A DNA stretch of 64,000 nucleotides from a virus. Below the pieces are notes generated by a model. It saw nothing but the letters and a program-made list of their open reading frames with translations. It had not been told where the DNA came from and did no database searches. The first letter of the stretch is position 1. The number at the start of each line of letters is the position of its first letter. This document shows positions 53,127 to 61,394 of this stretch, one piece after another. The stretch is taken from the IMG/VR virus record IMGVR_UViG_3300027754_000003, positions 1 through 64,000 of that record, one strand, 5' to 3'. Made by a program: the position numbers and the translations under genes.

Positions 53127-54208
53127 GCAGGCCAGTATACAACCGTTTCTACGGTTGTTGCTTGCGTACCAGAGGCTACAGGGGCAACAATAATTCCATG
53201 TCTTGTAGTTCTAGTCGGGCTGGCTGGAGTGGTTTGTATTTGGGCTACTGTTCCGCCAGCGCTCGTTTGTGCTGTTGCGGTTATTTGTCCAGCATCATTG
53301 GTTGCTACGTTCATATAGGAAACACCAATACTATTATCAGTGGTTGCCCCAAACCCTGAAGTGGCTACTTGTGAAACCACACCATTTTCCATTTTAATCA
53401 GTTTGATTGATGTGGTGTAATACGTAGTGGCGTTGTAAGTGTTTCCACCACCAGTAGCAGTACCCACACATGTTTGTTCAACATACTCTCCGCCTGTTTC
53501 TGAGTGCCACGCTAACGATGTTGGTGGAATGAGGGGGCAAGCGGTATACCCTGAGTAACATTTATTTCCTACAAGACCACCACCAGGTCCACAAGGTCCT
53601 GGGCATCGTGCTTCACAAGTTAAACCTGAAGGTGAACCATAGTAAACGGCGTTACCTTTGAACGTGGTGTAATAACAACAACCGTTAGTGCCAAGTAAAT
53701 ACCCAGTTTGTGCGCCGCAGTAATAACCGCCTGCGTCATATCCACCACATATGAATACCCCAATATATTGAGTTCTGTCTGGTCCACAAGTACCACCAAC
53801 GATTGGTGTGGTGTAACTACAGTCGTAGTTGTAGTTATACGAATACGGTGTTACGTAGCAAGTCCCATCCCCGTTATTAACGTCACCAGCACTACACCCA
53901 AATGAAGATGTTTTTTCGGAAACTACTGCCCACCAGTTTTCTGAGTCTTTTACCCAAAAAGCAACACCCCATCCACCTGCTAATTCTCCGTAGTCAGCCC
54001 TAATACTTACATTCTTTGTGTTTGCGTTAAACGTAGTAAGTGGGTATGTATTAGCGGCTGAATACGTAGCGGCTTTATTAGATTGAATGCTCCAAGAGCC
54101 TCTGATATTTGACCACTTTGAAGGCAACGAGGAGCCGTTAGAACCTACAAACGCATCCGCAAATGTTGGGAGAATGCCAGATGTGGAGGCAACAATGCCA
54201 GTAATCAT
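53123..54208 (-). CDS. fibre-tip / receptor-binding candidate: lectin-like scaffold with a Cys/Tyr/Gly-rich insert
   Basis: Beta-sandwich-like N- and C-halves (W...RGSW.I, G.GVAFWV.D..NWW, HGII.AP) around a 14-Cys insert. Confidence 0.65.
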   Translation of the reverse strand: MITGIVASTSGILPTFADAFVGSNGSSLPSKWSNIRGSWSIQSNKAATYSAANTYPLTTFNANTKNVSIRADYGELAGGWGVAFWVKDSENWWAVVSEKTSSFGCSAGDVNNGDGTCYVTPYSYNYNYDCSYTTPIVGGTCGPDRTQYIGVFICGGYDAGGYYCGAQTGYLLGTNGCCYYTTFKGNAVYYGSPSGLTCEARCPGPCGPGGGLVGNKCYSGYTACPLIPPTSLAWHSETGGEYVEQTCVGTATGGGNTYNATTYYTTSIKLIKMENGVVSQVATSGFGATTDNSIGVSYMNVATNDAGQITATAQTSAGGTVAQIQTTPASPTRTTRHGIIVAPVASGTQATTVETVVYWPA

Positions 54209-54211
54209 GGA

Positions 54212-54568
54212 TTAACTCGTGATGTTTCCGATAAGGACCCATGTGTTGGCTGCGGTCTTAATCAAAGTAGCGGCTGCGTACTGACCGTTTAGTTTATATT
54301 TGTTGCTCTCCGCAAAAAGCGTGGCGTTGCCAGCAGAAACTGTCACTACGTTTGCCGCCGAGCCAGTCTGTAGAATATCTACACGGTCACCAATGCCAAA
54401 GTTTGCTTCACTATCGTTAGGTACAGAAATTGTCCACGCACCCGTAATTAATAGAATCTTTCCCAAGTCATTAAGAGTAAGAACTCTAGTCCCTGTGAAA
54501 TCCTCAACTTGTGAGTTAAACCCAACCAAGTTCCTACTAGCGGTGTTTTCAGAAAGGCGAGAAATCAC
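54212..54568 (-). CDS. virion fibre adaptor domain protein
   Basis: L...D.GK, VP......F.IG...I.Q.G, L.GQY.AATLIK...NTWVLIGN. Confidence 0.65.
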   Translation of the reverse strand: MISRLSENTASRNLVGFNSQVEDFTGTRVLTLNDLGKILLITGAWTISVPNDSEANFGIGDRVDILQTGSAANVVTVSAGNATLFAESNKYKLNGQYAAATLIKTAANTWVLIGNITS

Positions 54569-54894
54569 GAAATTTCTGCCCCGAACAACGAGAACGAAAG
54601 GTTGGCGCTTGACGCATAGACAGTCACTACGTCAGTAGTTGCCAATGTCAAACCAACACTCAAAGTGACGGTGTCTTTTGCCAAGATGTTGGCATCATAA
54701 ATCATGTAGTGCTGGTTAGCAATAGTTGCACCAACAGGGCGTACAGCCACACGATAGGTGGCTGCCGTTGTTCCACGGTTACACACGGACAGCGTTGAAG
54801 CCACTACTGATTTCCCAGCACCTACGGTGAGAAGGTCGGTATTGGTAGTCGCTGATGGTGCTGATTGGGCAAGAACTTTATATGCTTGGGCCAC
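54565..54894 (-). CDS. small beta-sandwich virion connector protein
   Basis: MAQAYKVLAQSAPSATT.TDL.TV...VCN...SF.LFG.E; paralog of 63589..63951. Confidence 0.65.
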   Translation of the reverse strand: MAQAYKVLAQSAPSATTNTDLLTVGAGKSVVASTLSVCNRGTTAATYRVAVRPVGATIANQHYMIYDANILAKDTVTLSVGLTLATTDVVTVYASSANLSFSLFGAEIS

Positions 54895-54940
54895 GGGTGC
54901 TCCTTAGAAGTCTGTAATGACCCCCATTTTACCATCAATC

Positions 54941-55225
54941 TTATAAAAAGTGCTTGAGGATAGCCGTGGTTGCTAGAACCACCCAACAAAGATTGAACCA
55001 AATGATTGTTGGCATGGTCTTGATTGTTGATGTGACAATCAAAGCGATGCTTGACGCAAGAGCAAAAAGGTACATCCACCACCATTGTTTATCAAAGATA
55101 AGACCTGGAACAATGATTGAAATCTTGGTCATAAAAGCCCAAGCCTCAATAATGTTCACCTTTGTCCAATAATCTCGGTCACCCCAACGGCGTGTTACCT
55201 GCATAATTTCTGATGGTTTTAACAT
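54941..55225 (-). CDS. small multi-TM membrane protein
   Basis: Three hydrophobic segments; leaderless TAGGAT-N6-ATG. Confidence 0.7.
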   Translation of the reverse strand: MLKPSEIMQVTRRWGDRDYWTKVNIIEAWAFMTKISIIVPGLIFDKQWWWMYLFALASSIALIVTSTIKTMPTIIWFNLCWVVLATTAILKHFL

Positions 55226-55234
55226 GGCTTTATC

Positions 55235-55639
55235 CTACTTGCTCATTGACAATCCTGCTCTAGGGGTCAGGGAAATAACCTCATGGTTTACTGTTGCTGG
55301 GACATAGATAAGGTCCCCAGGTTCTAGCGTGTAATCACCATAATCCGTAATCCATTTTGTTGAACCCTGGCATTGCCAAAAATAAACATCTTCCGTATCG
55401 TTATGTTTACCGAATCCGTGGTTTCCTTTTGCCGTAGACACGTAAACATGAGCCACAGTTAAGCCTAGGGTTTCCAAAACCGCTTCTGCGGACTTCATGG
55501 TGTGTCCATCTACGGTTGTCGTAAAGCACCCCCCAATGCGGCGAAACGAACCACCAGATTCTTTTGACGCTTCAATATTTTCGTTTATCTCATCCCATGT
55601 TGGGGTAGGAAAATAAAACCCTTTTGTAAAGATCACCAT
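55235..55639 (-). CDS. JmjC/cupin oxygenase (minimal, ROXA-like)
   Basis: H.D..DV...Q..G...W, L.PGDLIYVP....H.V. Confidence 0.8.
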   Translation of the reverse strand: MVIFTKGFYFPTPTWDEINENIEASKESGGSFRRIGGCFTTTVDGHTMKSAEAVLETLGLTVAHVYVSTAKGNHGFGKHNDTEDVYFWQCQGSTKWITDYGDYTLEPGDLIYVPATVNHEVISLTPRAGLSMSK

Positions 55640-55645
55640 TTTCCC

Positions 55646-55661
55646 ATACTAGCGCTAGTAT
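55646..55661. promoter_or_regulatory. palindromic bidirectional -10 element for two divergent leaderless genes
   Basis: Perfect palindrome ATACTAGCGCTAGTAT gives TAGTAT-N6-ATG on both strands. Confidence 0.75.
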
Positions 55662-55667
55662 CTGGTC

Positions 55668-56159
55668 ATGGACAAAAAAGAACCATTTCATGTAGTTGTG
55701 CGAGATAGAAGTTGCGGAACATGCACAAAATGTTGTGAGGGTTACCTAGCAGGGGAAATCCAGGGGATACCTTTCTACGAAGGAAAACCCTGTCATTTTG
55801 TGGACATTGGTTCTGGATGTTCTATTTATGAAGACAGACCAGAAGAACCTTGTAAGGCATTCAAGTGCTTATGGTTATCTGACCCAAACTACCCAGAATG
55901 GTTGAAACCAAATATTAGTAATGTCATGTTTGTTGACAGGTACATTGGTCCACATCCTTATGTTTTTGCTAAAGAGGCTGGCGGGAAAATGGATGCCAGG
56001 ACATTATCTTGGGCAATAAACTACATGTCATTCAATAAGTTTAATTTTGCTTGGCAATATGACGGTGGGTGGAACGCAATAGGTACTGACGAGTTTGTTA
56101 AAGCCTATTTTGAAAATGAGCGATATTATGCCCCAAACGGAAAAGTTGAGAATCGCTAG
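55668..56159 (+). CDS. YkgJ-like CxxCxxCC Zn/Fe-cluster protein
   Basis: CGTCTKCCEG...PCHF...GCSIYEDRP..PC..F.C.W; the only credible plus-strand gene. Confidence 0.85.
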   Translation: MDKKEPFHVVVRDRSCGTCTKCCEGYLAGEIQGIPFYEGKPCHFVDIGSGCSIYEDRPEEPCKAFKCLWLSDPNYPEWLKPNISNVMFVDRYIGPHPYVFAKEAGGKMDARTLSWAINYMSFNKFNFAWQYDGGWNAIGTDEFVKAYFENERYYAPNGKVENR

Positions 56160-56713
56160 ATTGTTAGTTCAAGGAAATCAAAATTAAAAGCAATTACTGT
56201 CTTTCTTTTCTTTGAGTTATTCACTGGGGAGCGATGTATCAGGGATGCTGGAAATAGCACAACGTCACCTTCGGATACGTTGAATCTTCTCACGATTGAC
56301 GTATCAAACGGTTCAACAAACTCCGTCACACATTCCTGGTCTGGGAGTTCTAAATAATAAATACCAGAAAAGTTTGAACCAGCGTGATTGTGCCAATGGT
56401 GGTAGTCGCCACTCTCATATTGTTGGAACCAAACACCACGCATTTCAAGTGTTTTATGCAGTATTGAATCTGGGAGACTAGCCATGAAACCATTAATGTA
56501 TTCACAAAACAGAGATGACCACGGTCTTTCCTCTTCCAGCAATGAGAAATCATATCTAGAGATTCGTTCTAAGTTATTAGATGGGTCTTTCTTTGATTCA
56601 AAGTCAGCAGACTCTATGAGGCTTAACATAACTGGTTTTAGAGAGTCATGGTTTGGCATTTTTCTAACCATGTATGAACCGTGATATTGGTGTTTTGTTA
56701 CAAAATCAGACAT
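56156..56713 (-). CDS. 2OG-Fe(II) oxygenase (TIGR02466-like)
   Basis: WFQQY..GD.H.WHNH, SGIYY, EGD.VLFP..L.H.S..N...RKT.IAFN. Confidence 0.85.
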   Translation of the reverse strand: MSDFVTKHQYHGSYMVRKMPNHDSLKPVMLSLIESADFESKKDPSNNLERISRYDFSLLEEERPWSSLFCEYINGFMASLPDSILHKTLEMRGVWFQQYESGDYHHWHNHAGSNFSGIYYLELPDQECVTEFVEPFDTSIVRRFNVSEGDVVLFPASLIHRSPVNNSKKRKTVIAFNFDFLELTI

Positions 56714-56723
56714 TGTTCCTCTT

Positions 56724-57368
56724 TTACACGTATTTTTGGTAGGTATTCATTGACTTGTGTAAGTACTTTTTTATCATTTTATTTTCACGTTTTTTGTAAG
56801 CGGTATGGTATTCCTCTGTACGAAGTGGGCTTACCCCTGTATTATTAAAAAACCAATGATCTGGTTCAGCATAGTGTGCAATAAATACTTCTACATAATC
56901 GTTATAGTTTTCTTTAGGAAACTCTGGCCTCCAGTGTAACTGCTTTACACCATTATACAAAAGAGCATCCCTGTCCCCCCATGTATATTCTTTTCCGTTT
57001 ACGTACATAGGCCATGAGACAGTTGATTTGAGTTGTATATCAATTGTGTATGTGCAGGCATTGTCGTCTAGATGTGGTGGCAAATTTGGAACGCCGTACT
57101 GTGGAGAGTACCGAAACCATTTAAAATAAGATGGTAATGCTGTACTAGAAAAGTTATCAACAACAATTTTATTTAATGTTTCGTATATTTCAAAAGGTAA
57201 AGATTCTCCATCAACAAATGTTGCTCTTGGGTCTGCACTTTTTCTTCCAACTGCGTTATTAAAATGGTTCTTTTTTTGTGGATGTGTGTTGATGTACTCA
57301 AGTATCACGCTCTGTTGCTGTTCAGAGATGACGTTTTTTAAAACTTTTGGTTTTTTTACCCTTTTCAT
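56724..57368 (-). CDS. 2OG-Fe(II) oxygenase
   Basis: L.PH.D...C, WP.Y, LY.G....HWR. Confidence 0.8.
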   Translation of the reverse strand: MKRVKKPKVLKNVISEQQQSVILEYINTHPQKKNHFNNAVGRKSADPRATFVDGESLPFEIYETLNKIVVDNFSSTALPSYFKWFRYSPQYGVPNLPPHLDDNACTYTIDIQLKSTVSWPMYVNGKEYTWGDRDALLYNGVKQLHWRPEFPKENYNDYVEVFIAHYAEPDHWFFNNTGVSPLRTEEYHTAYKKRENKMIKKYLHKSMNTYQKYV

Positions 57369-58045
57369 ATAACTAATGAAGGTTTGCACTCAAACTGGAT
57401 TGGTTTATGCGGTGGTTCGTGGCAATCAATGAATGTACTAATCATCCATTTATCTCCAGAAATTGGAACTCTACCGACATGTGGGTGTGTCCAATACGCT
57501 GGAAATATTGATATGTCCCCTACAGATGCTGGAATAACAATATTGTGTGATGGGAATCCAGTCCCACCACCTACATCAACTGTGTTTAGGTACATGACAA
57601 CACCAAGAACACGCAAATTAATAGGGTTTGAGGACCAAGGGTCACCATCAGTATGTGACCTGTAAAACCCATCTCTTGGGGAGTACCTTTGGAGTCTATA
57701 ACCAGTGTCTTTTAAATCAACATGAAACAACTCAACGTATTCCTGAACGTACAATGCTAAAGCAGAATAAAGACCAACAGTTACTGCATCTTCACATTTA
57801 GTAAATACTGAACTGTTAATACCAAAAGAATCAACAACTGACTTTGAAAAAGAAAAGTCCATAGTGTTTTTTATTTTTGGGTTAAGCCCACCAAGTGTTG
57901 GCCCTGGTGAAAAAAGAGTTTCAAAGTTTTCAAGGCACTTAGTGACTAACTCAGAACATACGTTTTCTGGTATTGCATTTTTAACTACAGCAATAGCAGA
58001 AGATTTTCCAGCAGGGAATTCTATCCTCATTTGATTATCCGTCAT
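57365..58045 (-). CDS. prolyl 4-hydroxylase-like 2OG-Fe(II) oxygenase
   Basis: H.D, R.L...YLN.V..GG.T.F, IFP..WTHPH, K. Confidence 0.88.
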   Translation of the reverse strand: MTDNQMRIEFPAGKSSAIAVVKNAIPENVCSELVTKCLENFETLFSPGPTLGGLNPKIKNTMDFSFSKSVVDSFGINSSVFTKCEDAVTVGLYSALALYVQEYVELFHVDLKDTGYRLQRYSPRDGFYRSHTDGDPWSSNPINLRVLGVVMYLNTVDVGGGTGFPSHNIVIPASVGDISIFPAYWTHPHVGRVPISGDKWMISTFIDCHEPPHKPIQFECKPSLVI

Positions 58046-58458
58046 GGTATGAATACTAGCGCCGAATCAACGAGATTTCCACCCTTCAAAATTTGGATTA
58101 AAAACTCTCCAGATTCTTCTGGAGTAAACGAACCTATTAGAGAATGTTTGTCCCGTAAAAATGAGTAATAAACACATTCTTTATCCCCGTTAGTCACGAC
58201 TAACTTGCAGTTTTCTACGGTTTCAAAATCGTTCAAATAATCAAACAATATTGGAAATGCGTGGTTAACTTCATCGGGTATATGCATCATAAACCCGTTG
58301 TTAACGGGAACTACTACTACACATGGTTTTGACCTATCAAACTCAATAGATTTTGTTTTTTCCGAATCACCTATTTGGATTGGAAGGCTCCACTCCTTGG
58401 CAAGTTCCTCTGCTTCTTCTAGTTGTTCTTCAGATTGGCAATAAACAATCCTATCCAT
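58042..58458 (-). CDS. hypothetical protein
   Basis: 138 aa coupled ORF inside the enzyme cluster. Confidence 0.65.
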   Translation of the reverse strand: MDRIVYCQSEEQLEEAEELAKEWSLPIQIGDSEKTKSIEFDRSKPCVVVVPVNNGFMMHIPDEVNHAFPILFDYLNDFETVENCKLVVTNGDKECVYYSFLRDKHSLIGSFTPEESGEFLIQILKGGNLVDSALVFIP

Positions 58459-59320
58459 TTTTGTTTTCCTTACGCAGTTTTGTATCTATCTTATTTTGTT
58501 CTGCTTTGTACTTTCCATGAAAATCTTCGTTTCTCCACGCACCATCAAATCCAAGATTATCAAGGAGCGCATACATGGATGAATCTCCTCGTTTTAATGT
58601 TGATTTCTTTGTAGTGTCCTCACGTTTGAATGGGATTACGTGGTACAGAGGGGTTCCTTCTTTAATTACAAACTCGTTATCAACTTTTATATTCAAAACT
58701 ATGTTTGCATGATGGTAATAGTCAGTATTGACAACTCCAGCCATAACTTGGTAATTTTGGTTTGGTTCCCATTGAGGACCTATAAGCAATGATGAGTAGC
58801 CTGGTGCTGTCTTAATAAGCCAAGGATTTAGCAATTTTACATAATTAGATGTTTTTAATTTTCTATCGTTTGCCATTGGACACTCACCAGTTTGGGCAAA
58901 ATTAAACTGATTTTGAGCAACACCCTCGTCTGAAAAGTACTGTTTTTTTTCTTCTTCTGTAAGTACGCCCGTTTCCAATACAGTACTACTGGAGTGGTTG
59001 TATTTAGTATCCCATGTAGCATTTAACTTGCTTATAGGTGGTCGTATGGATATTTCTGCCCACATAGGTATTGTATACCCAGAACGCAAAAAATCTGATA
59101 GACCAGAACACGTACGAAGACTTGCATCTCCCTTTTGTAGTTTTTCATACCACTCTGCAAATTTTGTATTGCTTGCATAAGCGGAAATTGATGGATGATA
59201 AAAATGATTTGTTGGTGGTACCATCAAAACTTCATTTGGTTTAATTTCTGGTATTTGCTCCCAGGTATCTGCTTTTACTAGCCCATCTTCATTATTTTTG
59301 ATTTTTGAAAATAGACGCAT
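58451..59320 (-). CDS. DUF6065-like (dUTPase-like beta-clip) protein
   Basis: C.G..D....GY.IP.W, K..NPW.I.T.PGYS, GVV.TD.Y, I..GTPL..VIPF.RE. Confidence 0.65.
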   Translation of the reverse strand: MRLFSKIKNNEDGLVKADTWEQIPEIKPNEVLMVPPTNHFYHPSISAYASNTKFAEWYEKLQKGDASLRTCSGLSDFLRSGYTIPMWAEISIRPPISKLNATWDTKYNHSSSTVLETGVLTEEEKKQYFSDEGVAQNQFNFAQTGECPMANDRKLKTSNYVKLLNPWLIKTAPGYSSLLIGPQWEPNQNYQVMAGVVNTDYYHHANIVLNIKVDNEFVIKEGTPLYHVIPFKREDTTKKSTLKRGDSSMYALLDNLGFDGAWRNEDFHGKYKAEQNKIDTKLRKENKNG

Positions 59321-60770
59321 GTGGAACTCTCTTTCGTTGTAGTGTCATTGACCTTAGTGACGTATAGTGTTGAATTATTGGTTCTCTTGATTGATAAGCA
59401 TCTAGACCCATAGATGCTACTTCTTTTGGTATTAACCCCTGCCCTTGTGCAACGTGCCACAAATGAGGAGTAGCAAATAACTCATAACCAAACCTAGGAA
59501 TATCAGTGTCTAATGGTACTCGTTCTTTCCACAATTCAAGAAGAAAACTCAGTGTATCTGGAATTTTTGCGTTTTTCTGAGCAACCCACATAGCCGAATC
59601 TTCTCTATCTGATATGTAGTGCAATGAAATCATAGTCAGGATGTTATCCATTAAAGAATCAAAGGTTTTTCTGTAATGTTCAACCTGGGCTACTGACGAA
59701 GGTCCAAATGTTGGCAAAATTGCACAAATCATTCTTGCCTGTTGAATTGAGGTTGAAATTGATGTTGCCTCAAGTGGTTCTACAAAGGAGGAAGCAAGAC
59801 CAACGGAAGCACAGTTGAACTCAAAGGAGTGTTTAAAATACCCAGATTTGTATCTGATTATTCTTGCTGGGGTTATTTCCCTACCATATGCTTCAGAGAG
59901 TTCTTTAACGGCCTGATCGTCTGAGCAAAAATCAGATGCAAAGATATAACCATTTCCTCTGCGTTCTTGAGTTGGTATCTCAAACACCCAGCCATTTGCT
60001 AACGCTCGTGCTCTTGTGTATGGTCGGATTTCCCCAGACTCGTCTGGTGGTGTTGGAAATACTGCAGCAGAGTCAGTGGGCAAATAGTCTCTGTACGAAA
60101 TAAAAGTATCTTCTTTAACTAGTTGTGACATCAACATACGTTTAAACCCAGTTGCATCAATATAGAAATCTGCGGCAATGTTTAAACCAGTGTCTGTTGA
60201 AATTGATGTAATAAACCCGTTTTCTGGGTTTCTTTCAATTTTTTCAACAATTCCTTCATGCAACTCAACCCCTCTATCCTGAGCAAGTCGTTTGAGGTAA
60301 TTGTTTAGTTTGAAAGTGTCAAAATGAAATTGATTTGTTGTGTTGTGTTGTTGATGTGGGTCTTCCGTTTGGATAACCTCGTTATCCCATAGATGATCTG
60401 AGTTTACGGCTGCTGTGAGAGGCCACCCGTTTTCAAGTGCAAATGCATAGTTTGAGTAATAGTCGTTTGGCCCAAAGCCACCCTCTGAAACGCTATGAAA
60501 ATAGTCTGGTGTATGATTTGTCCAGTTTTCAAACCTGATTCCGTATTTGTGCGTTGCAGCGCATTCACGAACCATTTCATTAACATCTATACCGTGTGGG
60601 GTAGTAAAGAACTGTTTCCAGTGCTCTGTTGAGCCTTCCCCAACGCCAATTATTCCTATCTTTGCTGAAGATACAACTGTTAATTTGTAGTGTGGAAAAA
60701 AACCACGGGCCATTATCGCAGTAAGTAATCCAGCAGTACCAGAACCAACTATACAAACATGTTTTTGCAT
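59292..60770 (-). CDS. flavin-dependent (tryptophan halogenase family) halogenase
   Basis: IVGSGTAG, IGVGEG, AT.K.GI.F..W, IDATGF, GWVFEIP, F.EPLEATSI. Confidence 0.92.
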   Translation of the reverse strand: MQKHVCIVGSGTAGLLTAIMARGFFPHYKLTVVSSAKIGIIGVGEGSTEHWKQFFTTPHGIDVNEMVRECAATHKYGIRFENWTNHTPDYFHSVSEGGFGPNDYYSNYAFALENGWPLTAAVNSDHLWDNEVIQTEDPHQQHNTTNQFHFDTFKLNNYLKRLAQDRGVELHEGIVEKIERNPENGFITSISTDTGLNIAADFYIDATGFKRMLMSQLVKEDTFISYRDYLPTDSAAVFPTPPDESGEIRPYTRARALANGWVFEIPTQERRGNGYIFASDFCSDDQAVKELSEAYGREITPARIIRYKSGYFKHSFEFNCASVGLASSFVEPLEATSISTSIQQARMICAILPTFGPSSVAQVEHYRKTFDSLMDNILTMISLHYISDREDSAMWVAQKNAKIPDTLSFLLELWKERVPLDTDIPRFGYELFATPHLWHVAQGQGLIPKEVASMGLDAYQSREPIIQHYTSLRSMTLQRKRVPHASIFKNQK

Positions 60771-60773
60771 GTA

Positions 60774-61379
60774 CTACCTAAACCAAGAAACAATTGAATA
60801 CTTTACTTCCTCGCTGTTTTCTCCAACAGGGTTAGCGTAATGGAAATACGGAAAGTTACTTGGGAACAAAACTACAGAACCAGCCTTTGGTTTTACTGTC
60901 ACATTAAGCAACGGGAATGTAAGTTCTCCACCATCACTAACGTCATTTACAAATCCAACAAGACTAAATACTCTCCCGTTATCTTGGTGGTGGTCAACAT
61001 GGCCCCGATATTCAGCGCCAGAACCATACTTAAGAATTCTGTAACCTTCGTTTGTTGATACTTCAATATTGAATGAATTTCTGTAATGCCAAATAACTTT
61101 TTCTAATTGTTCAGTAATATCTTGTGCGGATTTAGCCAAAGGTATTACTCTTTCAACTTGGATATTGTCAACTGGAGACATTAATGGAGAAAGTTCACAA
61201 CCTTGTGAAGAACGGTACGAACTTGTTGTTGCGGTGCTTTCTCCGCCAGTTTGCGACCTAAACCATTGGACATATCCCCAATCTTGTTTACATTCTCCTT
61301 CTAAAAGTTCTATAAAGTTTGATGGTTTAAAAGCATTCTCATACACGTATATACATGTACCAAGTTCAATTGGTTTCAT
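60774..61379 (-). CDS. prolyl 4-hydroxylase-like 2OG-Fe(II) oxygenase
   Basis: L.Y..G..Y..HVD, R.FS....ND...GGEL.F, FPSNFPY.H...PV, KYS.V.W. Confidence 0.9.
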   Translation of the reverse strand: MKPIELGTCIYVYENAFKPSNFIELLEGECKQDWGYVQWFRSQTGGESTATTSSYRSSQGCELSPLMSPVDNIQVERVIPLAKSAQDITEQLEKVIWHYRNSFNIEVSTNEGYRILKYGSGAEYRGHVDHHQDNGRVFSLVGFVNDVSDGGELTFPLLNVTVKPKAGSVVLFPSNFPYFHYANPVGENSEEVKYSIVSWFR

Positions 61380-61394
61380 TTTGTTAGTCTTTCG

